A DNA stretch of 64,000 nt, from positions 202,986 to 266,985 of the forward strand of contig NW_005201287.1 in NCBI RefSeq assembly GCF_000372725.1, read 5' to 3'. The notes beneath the pieces are model-generated. The model saw only the letters and a program-made list of their open reading frames with translations. It had not been told where the DNA came from and did not search any database. The position numbers and the translations under genes are program-made. Every line of letters starts with the position of its first letter. The first letter of the stretch is position 1. Positions 12,662 to 24,930 of the stretch are shown here, one piece after another. The DNA is from Emiliania huxleyi CCMP1516. Its lineage: Eukaryota.

Positions 12662-13612
12662 GGCACGGGCGGTGGAGCGTAAAACTGAAGAAAACGGGAA
12701 AGAGGATAGAAAGCATATTGATTGCGCCCGCGACCCTACCCCCTACGGTAGCTCACGAAGCCGGGTGTTTGAGCCGGCGTGAAAAGAGGGCCTGCACCAG
12801 CACGCCCAGCACGGTGACAGGACGCCACCCGTTAAAACGCAAAAACAAAACAACCCTTTTCCTGGCTCACAAGCTAAAGATGTTCACGGGCCCCCACAGG
12901 GAGCTTCGTCCGTCTCCATCTCCACGTCGGCGTCCGCGCCGCCTTCGCCGGCGTCGCCCATGGTCCTGCATTCGCATTGGTCGCACGCGTCATAGCCGGG
13001 CGCAGGTGGGTCTGTGCGTCGGCGTGGGCGGCCGAGGCGGTGTGTGAGCGGCCGGGCAGTCGAGTGGGGCTATGGGGCGCCCCGTGTCCGCGCGGGGTGG
13101 CCAGGCTGTGGCTGGGAGTGGAGCGCGGCGGCTTTTGCACCTCCTGTGGAAGCAGCCGTTCAAGCGAGGCGGACCGTGCGACTCGATTGTGGACTTGTGT
13201 AGCCGCTCCTGCGCGTGGCGGCCAGGTGGGTGGGTGCACTGGCGGGGTGCAGCGACTCAGGAATTTAGGTGGGCGCAGAGGAGCGCGCGCCGGGCGAGAC
13301 TGCGGGCCGAACGCGTTACGAAAGGAATGCCGGTGCTTTGCCCGGGTTTCTGCTGGGGCTCTCCCGTATGGGGAGCCCCGGGTACTCTTTAGCTGTACTC
13401 GTCTAGGCAGGGGTTGAAAACAAAACGCCCCTGAGAGTCGGAAGTTTGCGTCAGAAAACGGACCATAAATGGCCTAGCCATGGAGCCCTTGCCAGCATAG
13501 CGGCCTTCTGCACGGTTTTGTGTAGCGCATCCGCATTGTGGCATAACTGGCCCTTTTGTATGTGCAGCACGAGGCCATCCGCATTTTCTTTGCGGCCCCC
13601 CCTGTAGCTCCC

Positions 13613-14899
13613 ATGCACGCCCGGGGGGCGCAGCGCCTCCACAGCGCCGGGCTGCTCTTCGGTGCCTTCCTCTGGCTCGCTAGGGGAGCGATAGCGCTCA
13701 CGCACGCCCCGATCGGCGCCGCCGCCGCCAGACGGGCGCAGCGGGCGAGGTGCGCCGCAGTCGAGGGCGGCGGCGGGCAGCTGCTGCGCGCGCCCACAGG
13801 CTGGGCGCCGCGGAGGGGAGGCGGCGCGCGGATGCCGTTCGGCGCGCCAAAGGTGGCGTACAAGGTGCCCGAGACGACGAGCGACGACTGGGTGCAGGTT
13901 GGAGCTCGGCCCCACCACCGTCGTCTCCTCCTCCGCCTCATGCCGCCTCCGCTGCTCTGCTCGCCTTCCTTCAGAGTCCGCCCGCCGGCCCACCGCCGCA
14001 GGCCAACGAGCCGCTCTACCGCGAGCGGCTCGTCTTCCTGGGGCAGGAGATCGACGACTACGTGTGCAACCAGTGCATCTCGTCGCTGCTGTTTGCCGAT
14101 GCCGAGGACAGCAGCGAGCCACTCTTCCTCTACATCAACTCGCCCGGAGGGTCGGTGATCGCGGGGCTCGCGCTGTACGACACGATGCAGCACATCGACT
14201 CGGACGTGCTCACCTGCAATATCGGGATGGCCGCATCGATGGCACGCCTCGCCCCGCCTCCGCGCACTCCTGCCCACGAGAAGGACTTGTCCGGGACATG
14301 TCCGGGACATGTCCGGGACGTGTCCGATGGCGCACGTCGCCTTGCTCTCTCGTGTCCGGGACTTCTCCACACGCCCCCTCCCCTCCCGCGACAGGCGTCC
14401 TTCATCCTGGGCGCGGGCGAGCGGGGCAAGCGGACGGCGTTTCCAACTCTCTCGCGCGTGACCTGCTCCGATGTCTTTTCTACGCAGGGGCGCCTCTCTC
14501 TTTGTAGGCGCTTCCGAGCTCGCGCGTGATGGTGCACCAGCCGATGGGGGGGTCCGAGGGGCAGGCGGAGGACGTCCGTGTGGAGGCGGAGCAGATCATC
14601 AAGATCAAAGGCGCATCGAGTCTAGATGCCCGAGTGACGTGGGAGCCAAGCACCAGCGGGCCCCTCCCGGTTGGTCTTCGCCCGAGCCCTTCTGCCGGAG
14701 GGACGGGAGGCCCGGCGAGGCTGCTCACGCCGCGGCGGTGCCGTGGTCAGGCACGCTGGTCACCATGTACTCGCACATGACGGGGCGCACGCGCGAGCAA
14801 ATCGTGGCCGACTTCGAGGGCGGAGACAATTACATGTCGGCGGAGCAGGCGCTCGAGTACGGCCTCATCGACCGCATCATCGGCCCTACGCACGACTGA
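13613..14899 (+). CDS. clpP: ATP-dependent Clp protease proteolytic subunit, nucleus-encoded and probably plastid-targeted; 4 introns
   Basis: MPFGAPKV, ERLVFLGQEID, LYINSPGGSV, GMAASM|ASFIL (catalytic Ser), VMVHQP (His), DNYMSAEQALEYGLID; hydrophobic signal followed by an Arg/Ala-rich transit-like peptide. Confidence 0.93.
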
Positions 14900-15614
14900 C
14901 TCCGCGGGAGGACACGCATCGTCCACGCCGTGCAGCCCTCAGCTCTTGCCTCTCCCTTCGGCTAGGCTTGGCCAGTCGGAGTCGCCCCACAGGCCTCTGC
15001 TGAGAAGCTGATTCAAAACTGGCAACTGGAACTGCTCTCTGCTGTCGTACCTGTGGTGCACTTTACTGCTTAGCGACCTGAGCGGGCGGCGCGTTACGCT
15101 GCGTGTCTCGGCACTATTCGCGCGGACGTCCAAAAACAAACAATCTTCTTCCCGAGACGCCTCCACATTCTATCAGACTCGCGTATTGTGTCTCAGAGGT
15201 CGCATCGCTTATACTCGGCAAACGCTTTTCCTTTGGTGCCCCCGCTCGGTGCGGTGATCTGACACCCCTCTCCCCCTCCCCTTTCTCTGTCCGCTCGCCA
15301 TGGCCCACGCGCCGCCTCATCGGGCGGCACGGGGCGGATGGCCCTCCTCCACATGCGCTGCGCGCCGGCCGCCGCCGCACAGGGCTGTCGAAGAGCGGCT
15401 GCCATCCTCCATTAGGTGTGCGCTGCTGGTGCGGGCTACTGCAGCGTACAGCCCTGCTGTGCGCCGTGGACCGTGCCGACGAGGAAGCCCTTCCAGAGCT
15501 TCCTCGCGCCTGTGCGGGTGGGGGGGGAGGGGGGAGGGGGGGCGTGAGCGGGGCGCGGCGGGCGGTGCGGGCGGGAGAGAGAAGAGAAGGGGAGGAAGGG
15601 AGAAAGAGAATAGA

Positions 15615-16395
15615 NNNNNNNNNNNNNNNNNNNNNNNNNNNNNNNNNNNNNNNNNNNNNNNNNNNNNNNNNNNNNNNNNNNNNNNNNNNNNNNNNNNNNN
15701 NNNNNNNNNNNNNNNNNNNNNNNNNNNNNNNNNNNNNNNNNNNNNNNNNNNNNNNNNNNNNNNNNNNNNNNNNNNNNNNNNNNNNNNNNNNNNNNNNNNN
15801 NNNNNNNNNNNNNNNNNNNNNNNNNNNNNNNNNNNNNNNNNNNNNNNNNNNNNNNNNNNNNNNNNNNNNNNNNNNNNNNNNNNNNNNNNNNNNNNNNNNN
15901 NNNNNNNNNNNNNNNNNNNNNNNNNNNNNNNNNNNNNNNNNNNNNNNNNNNNNNNNNNNNNNNNNNNNNNNNNNNNNNNNNNNNNNNNNNNNNNNNNNNN
16001 NNNNNNNNNNNNNNNNNNNNNNNNNNNNNNNNNNNNNNNNNNNNNNNNNNNNNNNNNNNNNNNNNNNNNNNNNNNNNNNNNNNNNNNNNNNNNNNNNNNN
16101 NNNNNNNNNNNNNNNNNNNNNNNNNNNNNNNNNNNNNNNNNNNNNNNNNNNNNNNNNNNNNNNNNNNNNNNNNNNNNNNNNNNNNNNNNNNNNNNNNNNN
16201 NNNNNNNNNNNNNNNNNNNNNNNNNNNNNNNNNNNNNNNNNNNNNNNNNNNNNNNNNNNNNNNNNNNNNNNNNNNNNNNNNNNNNNNNNNNNNNNNNNNN
16301 NNNNNNNNNNNNNNNNNNNNNNNNNNNNNNNNNNNNNNNNNNNNNNNNNNNNNNNNNNNNNNNNNNNNNNNNNNNNNNNNNNNNNNNNNNNNNNN
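15615..16395. other. Assembly gap
   Basis: Run of N. Confidence 1.
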
Positions 16396-16751
16396 TGTGT
16401 GTGACGACGGCGCGAAGGCGCGTGCTGGTACAGCCCCGCCGCGCGCTCCTCGCCACCCGGCGATGCGTCCCCGGGCGGGGAGCGGGTCGCTCGCCGTCGG
16501 GGCGGAGAAGGGGGCACGCGCCTCCCCTCGGAACGCTTCCGCTGCAGCAGCCCCCTCCCCTCCCCGCCGTAGGGCCATACATCGGAGACGTCGGAGCCGA
16601 GGCTGCGTCCGGGGCGGCGAGGTGGGCGTGTGCCTCCTTCTCCGCCCCGACGGCCAGCGACCCGCTCCCCGCCCGGGGACGCATCGCCGGGTGGCGAGGA
16701 GCGCGCGGCGGGGCTGTACCAGCACCCGCCTCCGCGCCGCCGTCACACACA
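16396..16751. repeat. Inverted repeat with ~127-bp arms (16396-16522 and 16625-16751)
   Basis: The peptide RRRVLVQPRRALLATRRCVPGRGAGR is read on both strands. Confidence 0.85.
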
Positions 16752-17544
16752 CCCGGCTCCCCATCGGGCAGCGTGCAGCGGAGGGCCGTCGACGCCGGCA
16801 GAGACGGCGGCGCGGGCGCCAACGCCGCGGAAAATGTAGCTGCGGCGGCTGGCGCGGCGGCGGAGGGGGAGGAGGCGGAGGCGGAGGCGGCAGAGGCGAC
16901 CTCGCCGCACTCCTCCCCCTCCGCTGCTCCGCCCCTCGCTCGTGCTTCCGCCCGCGCATCCGCTGACGCATCCGCTGACGCATCCGCTGACGCATCCGCC
17001 TCGGCAGCATCCGCCCTGACCTCGGCGGAGGCTGGGGAGGCCAGGTCACCTCTACTGCTGCTCTCAGGCGCCGCACGGCCCGCCGCCTCCGGATCGCCCG
17101 CCGCCGTCGCCGCCCCTCTCCACAGCGCCAGTCTGGCCGGCGCCGGCGGCGCCGGCGCGTTGCCCTCCGCGCCGGAGAGCTGCTCGTCCGGGTCCTGGCA
17201 AGGGCATAAGCCCACGTGGCAGTGACAGTCCTCCGTCATGTCGATGCCCTCGCCGACTCCAGCCTCCTCCCCTGCCATCCATACAAACCTCGGACCTCGC
17301 GACGCGAGCGCTCCTTTCCTAGGATGTCGCAGCTCCAGCCGCTGCTGGAGGCCGGTCGCGAATTTCGGGCCGTCGCCAAGCTGGCGGGACGCGTCCTCCA
17401 TCCGGAACACGCAGCGACGCCGCCGCTTATAAGGAATGCAGCTGCTCGGGGGCAGAGGCAGACTAGGAGTAAGGCAGGAGTACGCCGCCGTGCAGCTCGC
17501 TCGGACCACGAGGGAGTCCAACCTGCTCGAGATCGTGTGAAGAC

Positions 17545-17940
17545 TTCTGACTGTCGTTGCTGTCTCTCCCCCTTCTCGACTGTCTGTGCTTGTGCGTCTT
17601 GGGTCCGGAGTTGTGCGTTTATGTGAAGACTTGCTTGCTGGCTTCCCCGTGCAGCTAGAGCTCAGAGGAGGGCGCCCGGGTCTAAATTTAGTGCGGTGTG
17701 AAGTGTTTATCTACTGCATCTTTAGTGCACTTTAGCGCGAATTTAGCGCACATTTAGCGCAAATTTAGCGCGAATTTACCGCGAATTCAGCGGCGGCGTC
17801 GTTGCGTAGTTCTGACTGTCGTTGCTGTCGATCCCTTTCTCGACTGTCCGAGCTTGTGCGTCTTGGGTCCGTGGTTGTGTTTTTGTGAAGAGTTGCTTGC
17901 TTGCTTCGCCGTGCACAGCTAGCAGCTTTGAGCTCAGACC
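17545..17940. repeat. Diverged ~120-bp direct repeats flanking a (tttagcgcgaa)n 11-mer array
   Basis: ttctgactgtcgttgctgtc...cttgtgcgtcttgggtccg at ~17545 and ~17810; array at 17720-17790. Confidence 0.8.
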
Positions 17941-18430
17941 ACGACGGGGGACCGTCGCAACCTTTCTCGAGATCAGTGTGAAGAGTTTTTTCGCCCACGG
18001 CGCACCTTGCAACCCGTTTCATCCCTCCCGTGCAGGAATTGTCTGTTTTCTTTCTTTCTTTGGTTCGTCCCCGTTTCTTGTTTCCATAGACCCTGTTTGG
18101 TATTGCTAAAAATCTCTCTCTCTCTCTAGACCCTACAGCACCCCCTCGTAGGCTTCAACATTCAACAAACAGGAATCGAGGGTGACCGCATGTCTGCATC
18201 AGACGTGTCATCCGTCCCGATCGTGACCAACCAAAGCCACCCCTCTTCTAAGATCCGCGCTTGCCCGGATCCTGAACCCTCTGCCGCTCCCAGCCGTGCT
18301 CGCGCCGAGCCTCGGCCACCTCCACCTCCGCCTTCAATCTCAATGTCCCACCCCCCTGCGCGCGGGCCTTCTAGGCCCGCGGGTAGTCTCCCCCCATCCC
18401 CAGGGCCTCCAGGGCTCGCACCTCAACCTC

Positions 18431-19093
18431 TCATAGACCAGCGCAAAGCGCCATAGGACGTATTTTCTTGTCAATAACAAGGTCTGTGAATCCTCGAGTC
18501 GGTTGGTCTGCAGGCGCTCGAAGGCGTCTGCAGTTGTCTGCTCTGCTCCGCCGACATCGACGCAGCGTGGTGTTTGGGCGCTCTGACCTCTGAGCCTCTG
18601 ACAGTCCCTCTGAGGACTGAGTCTGCGGGCACCTCAGAAACAGGTTCCGCTGTTCACCTCGGTAAATCGAATGGCACCAGGGATGTGTTGAGGCCTGGCG
18701 TGACGAGCGCGGAATTTGTTTTGTTAGCGCGGGTGTCCATCGGCCGGAGACGAGCGTCGTGTCTCGGAGCCGATCAAACCACCCGAGCAGCCGACTCGCG
18801 TTTCGCAACCATATGTCGTTGTCGAGGTACGAGGAATAGCGTCTCGCTGAATGGGCACAACTGAATCGCCGCAACCTTGAAGTGGCGCCACTGCAGGACG
18901 TCGTCACCGGCTTTCTCACGTAGCACTCTTTGTGCTGGCGAAAACGGTCCGCGGCGACGGCGGCGCCGGCATCTCGGTTACTAACTCCGGAGCACGGCAC
19001 CCTTGACTGGAAGATCTTTGGAAGCGCCTCGTTCCCGCTCTGCACCACAACTCCCAATGCCAGCAAGATTCCGCGGGACACGGGGGAGGGCAT
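18431..19093 (-). pseudogene. Frameshifted GT-A glycosyltransferase-like relic
   Basis: Motifs split across frames: FKVAAIQLCPFSETLFL / DNDIWL (DxD; apparent 7-nt insertion), EVNSG / LFLR, and DQP. Confidence 0.5.
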
Positions 19094-19380
19094 CTCACCT
19101 GTGGATCAAAGACGACGGGCGGTTTTCGCTATCTCCAGACGCCGCAAGAAAGATCAAGGAAAAAGACTAGGTAACCCTTTTGCTTCATTGATAGTGGTCA
19201 TGGTGACCAAATCTCGATATATCTCCAGTCGTAGCGGTGGAACTTTAAAACGGCTCGGTAAATATTTAGCCATATATGAGAGGATTACGCCACAGTGTCG
19301 TTTGAGTCGACAGTAAATCTCCCACAGCCCACGTAAATCCGTCTTTTTCAGACACCCGGAGCCCTCCGCGGCCGCTTCTA

Positions 19381-19708
19381 CGCCGGCGAAGCACCATCAA
19401 GCTGCTGTACGGCCCCGGCATCGCCTCCCCTGGCTTAGCTCTCAGTCAGGATATTGTGCACATGGGTGGCCTCTACAATATACTCACTGACACTGAACCT
19501 CCCAGAGGCCAGAGCTCGTCCCGTCCCGTCACGGCCATCCTCGTCCTCCGGCGGGCCCCCGGCCGCGGCGCGGTGCGGCGGCGTCACAAATCCGACCACA
19601 GAGCACCGGGACGCGCTCGGGCGATCTGAGGCCCAAGTAGGCGAATGCATTGCCCATCCAGGGCTATCACCTGGACCTATCAACAGGCGCCTGCGGCGCC
19701 GTGCTCAC
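19381..19708. repeat. Dispersed repeat directly upstream of the kelch gene; inverted copies at ~47295-47455 and ~56203-56525
   Basis: gcaccatcaagctgctgtacggccccggcatcgcct...atattgtgcacatgg is shared by all three copies. Confidence 0.88.
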
Positions 19709-19769
19709 ATCAGAGCCTCACATTACAAGAAAAAGAAATCGGCGGTGGGGGCCGCCCGGCGCCGCACGG

Positions 19770-20939
19770 ATGGCCTCCCACCGCATCGGCGCGCGCGTCG
19801 CGGGCCTCTCGCCAGAGCAGCTGTGCGCCATCATCGAGGCGCAGGCGGGCGCGAGCGACGCCGCGCTGCGCGTGGCGGAGGAGCACGCCGCACGGCTCGT
19901 GGAGCAGCCCGAGTGGATCCTCTCCGAGGTCCTCCTCTCGCCGGACCTCGCCCCGCACATCCTCGCCCAGCTGCCGACCACGGAGCACGCCATCAAGGGG
20001 ACGTGCCGCGCGTGGCGCCGCGGCTGGAAGGAGACGCTGAAGAAGCGCGAGAGGCCGCGCCTGGTCGTGTTCGGCGGCGAAGGCAGCGACTACGAGTTCC
20101 TCAACTCGCTGGAGCGGTACGACGCGTCCACGAATGAGTGGGAGGAGGAGGCTGTGGCGCCGATGCCGTCGGCACGCACGTATGTCGGCACGGCGGTGCT
20201 CGATGGCAAGCTCTACGCGGCGGGCGGCAGGAATGAGGCTGACGGCGCAACTTCCAGCTCGGTGGAGCGGTACGACCTGGCGACGAAGTCGTGGGAGGCG
20301 GTGGCGCCGATGGCGACGCCACGCGAGAATCACGCCGTGACGGTTCTCGACGGGAAGGTCTATGCTGTTGGCGGTCTAAGCGACGGCGTCGGCCGCCTCA
20401 GCTCGGTCGAGCGGTACGATCCGGCGACGAACGCGTGGGAGGCGGTGGCGCCGATGGCGGCGGCGCGGCAGGCTCACGGCGTGGCGGTGCTCGACGGCAA
20501 GCTGTATGCTGTGGGTGGGCGCAGCAATGGCGCCTCCCGCAGCTCCGTGGAGCGGTACGACCCGGCGTTGGACGCGTGGGAGGCGGTTGCTCCGATGGCG
20601 TCGGCGCGGCTTGAACACGCCGTGGCGGTGCTAGACGGCAAGCTGTACGCTGTTGGCGGGTACAACGGCGGCGCGCTCAGCTCGGTCGAGCGGTACGATC
20701 CCGAGATGAACGCTTGGGAGGCGGCTGCGCCGATGGCGAGTGCGCGGGTAGGTCACGGCGTGGCGGTGCTCGACGGCAAGCTTTATGCTGTGGGCGGGCA
20801 GAACTATGAGGAGGAGGACGAGGAAGAGGAGGACGTACTAATCAACAGGGTAGAACGATTCGACTCGTCTACGAACGCTTGGGAGGAGGTGGCGCCGATG
20901 GCGACGGCACGGATCGTGCCTTGTGTCGCCTTGCTGTAG
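19770..20939 (+). CDS. Intronless F-box-like N-terminus plus six-bladed kelch-repeat protein
   Basis: Repeated VAVLDGKLYAVGG...SSVERYDP..NAWEAVAPM units; F-box-like LSPDLAPHILAQL...TCRAWR. Confidence 0.92.
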   Translation: MASHRIGARVAGLSPEQLCAIIEAQAGASDAALRVAEEHAARLVEQPEWILSEVLLSPDLAPHILAQLPTTEHAIKGTCRAWRRGWKETLKKRERPRLVVFGGEGSDYEFLNSLERYDASTNEWEEEAVAPMPSARTYVGTAVLDGKLYAAGGRNEADGATSSSVERYDLATKSWEAVAPMATPRENHAVTVLDGKVYAVGGLSDGVGRLSSVERYDPATNAWEAVAPMAAARQAHGVAVLDGKLYAVGGRSNGASRSSVERYDPALDAWEAVAPMASARLEHAVAVLDGKLYAVGGYNGGALSSVERYDPEMNAWEAAAPMASARVGHGVAVLDGKLYAVGGQNYEEEDEEEEDVLINRVERFDSSTNAWEEVAPMATARIVPCVALL

Positions 20940-22433
20940 AGGCCGCGGATGATGAGATCTGAGAGAAACTCTCTTCTCGCGCACTTCTCTGCACACCACA
21001 TGGACATGCGGCATGACATGTACATGTACATGTTGTTGTTGTGCATGTGCATGTGCATGTGCATGTGCTAGAGGGGGGGGGGGGGGGTCACGTGGCCGAG
21101 GACCCCCCAGAGACTCGTGGTCAGGCCCTCCGGGCCCTTGGTTTTACTTGAGCACTTGAGCACTGGAGAGGGTCGATTCCGGGAGAGCCCCAGACGTCGG
21201 CGGTGGTGGCGGTGTGACCGATCGAGCTACAATGGTTTTACACCTTATTTCGCAGCATCCATTGGGGCTACATGAGCCTTGAGACTGGCAATATTTGTTT
21301 GTGAGACAGGTCATTCACGGGATTTTCTTTTTTCTTTCCTTCTTGGGCCGCCTCTCTTCTTCGTGGGGGATTTCTTTTGGCGGCGCGCAGGGAGATTGCG
21401 CTTGAGAGGGAGGTGTGGGTTGACGGAGAGTGCCGGGGTGGGCGTCGTAAGGGTGAGGGCGATTGCCGCCCTCCCCCCTTCGCCCACCTCGACGCCTTCG
21501 CGTAGGCGCCCCCGCGACTGTGCCTCTTTTGGTACTGTGGCGTACCTGTGTCGAACCTGTGTGCTGTGAGAGAGAGTTCATTTCGTTGAATTCTTTTGCG
21601 GCTCTGTAATGCGCCGCCTTGATTTCTTTCTCACCCAGCGTCAGTCAGCCAATCTTCTTTCTCTCCCCCCCCCCTCCTCCCTCCCCCTCCTAGTCCCCCT
21701 CCCTTTTTTCCCGGTGCCACGGACTGAGCGACGGACTCAAAAACTGTGGCTCTGACTCCCCCACTCTGGTATAGTATAGCCCGACTCAGCTCAAAATTTG
21801 TATGTATAGGCCGACAGCCGACCGACCGAGCCGCGGGCCGCGCTTGGAGCACTTGGAGTGAGTGCAGTCGGTAGCCTCACACCCAGGGCCGAGCGCCCTT
21901 GCCCCATTTTTTCGCTTCGCCGCCATGCCCCATGCCTGAGCAGCGCCGCAGCCGCGCCGTGACTTATCGGCGCCGCGCCGCGTCGTGCCGTCGCCGTCGC
22001 CCCAGACAGACAGAGAGAGAGAGAGAGAGAGACTTCCAGACAGACAGACCAACAACCGACCATAAATAAAAAGCGAACGCTCTCAACCTCGATCGAGACC
22101 TCGAGAAGAAGAAAGAGAGAATCAAAAGTCGCGTACTCGACAGCGTTACTACGTGCCTCCCCGTGTAGCCTGGCGTTTGCGTCACTCTGATTTCTTCCAG
22201 TTCACCAGCGATCTCCCGATCTCGTGTGATCTCCACTCGCGCAATAGATCTACGTCTTATCAGAGTGTTCGTCGCGTTCGTCGTCGCGAGAGACGTATCA
22301 AGCAAGAGCTCTGCTATAGCCGCAGCCGCTGCTCGGTGTGAACAGAGGTCGTACTCGCTGCTCCGCAACTCGATATCCGCTCGAGAGTTCACGGAGTCGG
22401 CTGGGAAAATCAGACAGAAGCAAAAGCCAAGCC

Positions 22434-23651
22434 ATGTTGCCCAAGCGCGTTTCAATCACGCTGCTATTGACTGTCGGGTCGCTGACGTCATTTGTGACTA
22501 AGATGATCTATCAGATTCCCGTAACCATGCCTTACGACAGTGCGGTTGACTGCGATGGCTTTGGCGTGACGTGCATACCGCTTCCCGACGAAAAAGTTCA
22601 TGCGCTGATACAATACAGGCATTTCGAGAAACCGATCATGAACGAAGTCTTCATGTTCACGGGAATGGTTATCTGCCTCTTCATGGTATCCGATTGGGCT
22701 GATTCGAGGGCTCGATTCCGAATCCTGATTCCTACACTGTTCGACGTTGTCGGTACTGCGCTCGTCAACTATGGTCTTCTGTACGTGAGTGCAAGTGTGT
22801 ACCGTATGTTGTGCGGGACTGAGCTTGTCTTCTGTGCAACCGGCGCCGTGCTATTCCTCGGGCGGAAGCTTCTTTCCAAGCACTATCTTGCGATCCTGAT
22901 GATGGTATCCGCTGCCGTTCTTGTGGGAGCTGCGTCGATGCTGAATGGCGACAGCGCTGGCAGTGGCAGCCCCAAGGAGCAAGCGGTTGGCATGGTTCTT
23001 CTCGCGTTTTCGCAGCTTGTTTTCGCAGCGCAGAACCTAGTGGAGGAGTCGTTTATGGCAGATATGAAGGTTGACGCCGCGCTCATTGTTGGTATGGAAG
23101 GTGCTTGGGGTCTGCTTATTATGAGCCCGGCGTTGCTAGTGGCGCAATTTGCGCCTGGATCTGACGTGGGCGGTGTGCTGGAGAATACAGCGGACTCGTT
23201 GATGTTGATGAGGACCAATCACTTTGTTCTCGCATCGGCGATTTTCTTGGTGTTTGGCTTCTTCGTTACAAACTACGCTCTGATCTGCATGTCTGGTCAG
23301 CTTGGCGCGACGTTCAGAATCGTCATCGACAACTTGAGGACCCTCATCGTGTGGCTCGTTGGGCTCGCCGTCTTTACGTATACGAAGGATGATCCGATTC
23401 CGTTGGGCGAAGAGTGGCAACAGTATTCCTACGTTCAGGTCATAGGGTTCGCCGTGATGATCCTTGCCGTCTTTGTTTACCAAGCAGGAAATGACGACCT
23501 GGACATTGACGAGGACGAAAAGGTCGATGCTGCTGATGTTGCTCGCGCACCTTCTCAGGTCCACTCAATGAATGCCATGCATTCGCTGCAGTCTGGGCTC
23601 TCGAAAGGGGAGGCATACGAACGGCGGACGGCCGCAACGGACATCGTCTGA
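22434..23651 (+). CDS. SLC35F6-like DMT/nucleotide-sugar transporter, intronless
   Basis: About 10 TM segments; HFEKP..MFTGM, PTLFDVVGTAL..GLLYVSASVYRML, IVGMEGAWG, ATFRIVIDNLRTLIVW. Confidence 0.88.
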   Translation: MLPKRVSITLLLTVGSLTSFVTKMIYQIPVTMPYDSAVDCDGFGVTCIPLPDEKVHALIQYRHFEKPIMNEVFMFTGMVICLFMVSDWADSRARFRILIPTLFDVVGTALVNYGLLYVSASVYRMLCGTELVFCATGAVLFLGRKLLSKHYLAILMMVSAAVLVGAASMLNGDSAGSGSPKEQAVGMVLLAFSQLVFAAQNLVEESFMADMKVDAALIVGMEGAWGLLIMSPALLVAQFAPGSDVGGVLENTADSLMLMRTNHFVLASAIFLVFGFFVTNYALICMSGQLGATFRIVIDNLRTLIVWLVGLAVFTYTKDDPIPLGEEWQQYSYVQVIGFAVMILAVFVYQAGNDDLDIDEDEKVDAADVARAPSQVHSMNAMHSLQSGLSKGEAYERRTAATDIV

Positions 23652-23911
23652 TGGGTTTGGGGACGTGCCGGATTCGTCACATGTCCCCAGACAAGACTCA
23701 ACTCTCAAGAGTAGCAGAGTTGCTGGCTCTTGCACAGGTGGGGCGGGGTAATGGGGTGGGGTGGGGATGTCGGGGTGGGGAGTGGGTGGGCGCCGGAGTG
23801 GGAGTGGTGTGACTGCTCCTGTGGTGGGGGCGACGGCTTCTGAGGAAGCCGTCGCCCGCGCCTCGCCTGTCGCGCGAATCGTGTCGTGCGACCGTCTTTG
23901 TAAAATTCTTT

Positions 23912-24600
23912 CGTTTCGTTCCTATCGCTACGCCAGGGAAGACAAGGACGTTGACGTGCAGCTGCTGCTGTTCGAATCGTTCGGCGGGTTCGGGAGGAGG
24001 GTCCGCGAGATCCTCCGGAAAGCGGCGGACGTGCTACAGAACAAGCTGACGCGGGCCCAGTACCCCTCGATGAGGTGACTTGGACCACTAAGAATTGGCT
24101 GGGGCTGCAGAAGCAGCGTATCTCGGTCGTTCTTCACACGGCAATCGCAGAGCAGATTGTGAATGTTGAGCTTGCCTGTGGCGGGGGCGGCGGACGGGTG
24201 CACGGAGCTAAGTGCCTCGCCGCCCTCGCTGGAGTCGCTTAGGCGGCTCCCGTGGTGTACCTGTGCTAGTGCCAGTGCGCGCCAGTCCCGTGGTGTCGTG
24301 CGCGGGTGCTTCCTCCATGAATTCTTTTTTCGCAATGGTGGGTGGGGCGGGATTTCCCGCCCCAACGGCCATCGGCGGGGTAGGCGCGCGGGTGGGGGCG
24401 GTTGGGATGAAGGGGAGTGGGATGGGGATGGTCCTCTCGGCGAGCACCACGGTGCTCGCGGATTCGACCATCCGCCTTCTGACTGCGAATCCGACGACGG
24501 CTTCTGTGAGGGACGACGGCTTCTATTAGAAGCCGTCGTCCGCGCTTTGCCTGTTGTGTGAATCGTGCGTGTGCGAGAGAGTTTTGTTGTAAAATTCTTT
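23912..24600 (+). mobile_element. 5'-truncated 3' end of an RLE-type (CRE-like) non-LTR retrotransposon
   Basis: LLFESFGGFG...NKL..QY (frameshift) TWTTKNW...QRISVVLH matches the ETFGG/QRLSV C-terminus of RLE LINEs. The 3' UTR is duplicated at ~23740-23911; both copies end in TTGTAAAATTCTTT. Confidence 0.65.
24259..24285 (-). mobile_element. 27-bp retroelement 3'-end insertion with 11-bp TSD TCCCGTGGTGT
   Basis: TSD at 24248-24258 and 24286-24296; the insert matches the terminal motif at 50096-50135 and 28642-28682. Confidence 0.7.
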
Positions 24601-24642
24601 TTTCCAAACTTAGCCGCGCGCGGCGCCGTGTCGTCGAGCGCG

Positions 24643-24930
24643 ATGAGGCTCCTCATAACGCTCATCCCGCTTCTCGCCGCGGCGGCGACCGCCGAGGAGG
24701 CGGAGGCCGTCGGTCCCGTCATCGGCATCGACCTCGGCACCACCTATTCCTGCGTCGGAGTCTACCGGAAGGGCAAGGTGGAGATCATCGCCAACGAGCA
24801 GGGGAACCGAGTGACGCCGTCGTGGGTGGCGTTCACCGACGACGGCGAGCGGCTGGTCGGCGACGCCGCGCGCTCGCAGTCCTCGCTCAACCCGGTAAAC
24901 ACGATTTACGACGCGAAGCGGCTCATCGGC
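24643..24930 (+). pseudogene. BiP: 5' fragment of ER Hsp70 (BiP), truncated by an insertion
   Basis: Signal peptide, [43 protein letters not shown]; no downstream Hsp70 exons seen in the window. Confidence 0.85.

Noticed and set aside
15103..17521. 433-734 aa ORFs
   Set aside because: Artificially extended through the N gap; flanking parts are low-complexity. A real gene at 16.4-17.4 kb is possible but unsupported.
17720..17790. tttagcgc array as telomeric repeat
   Set aside because: It is an 11-mer unit, not TTAGGG/TTTAGGG.
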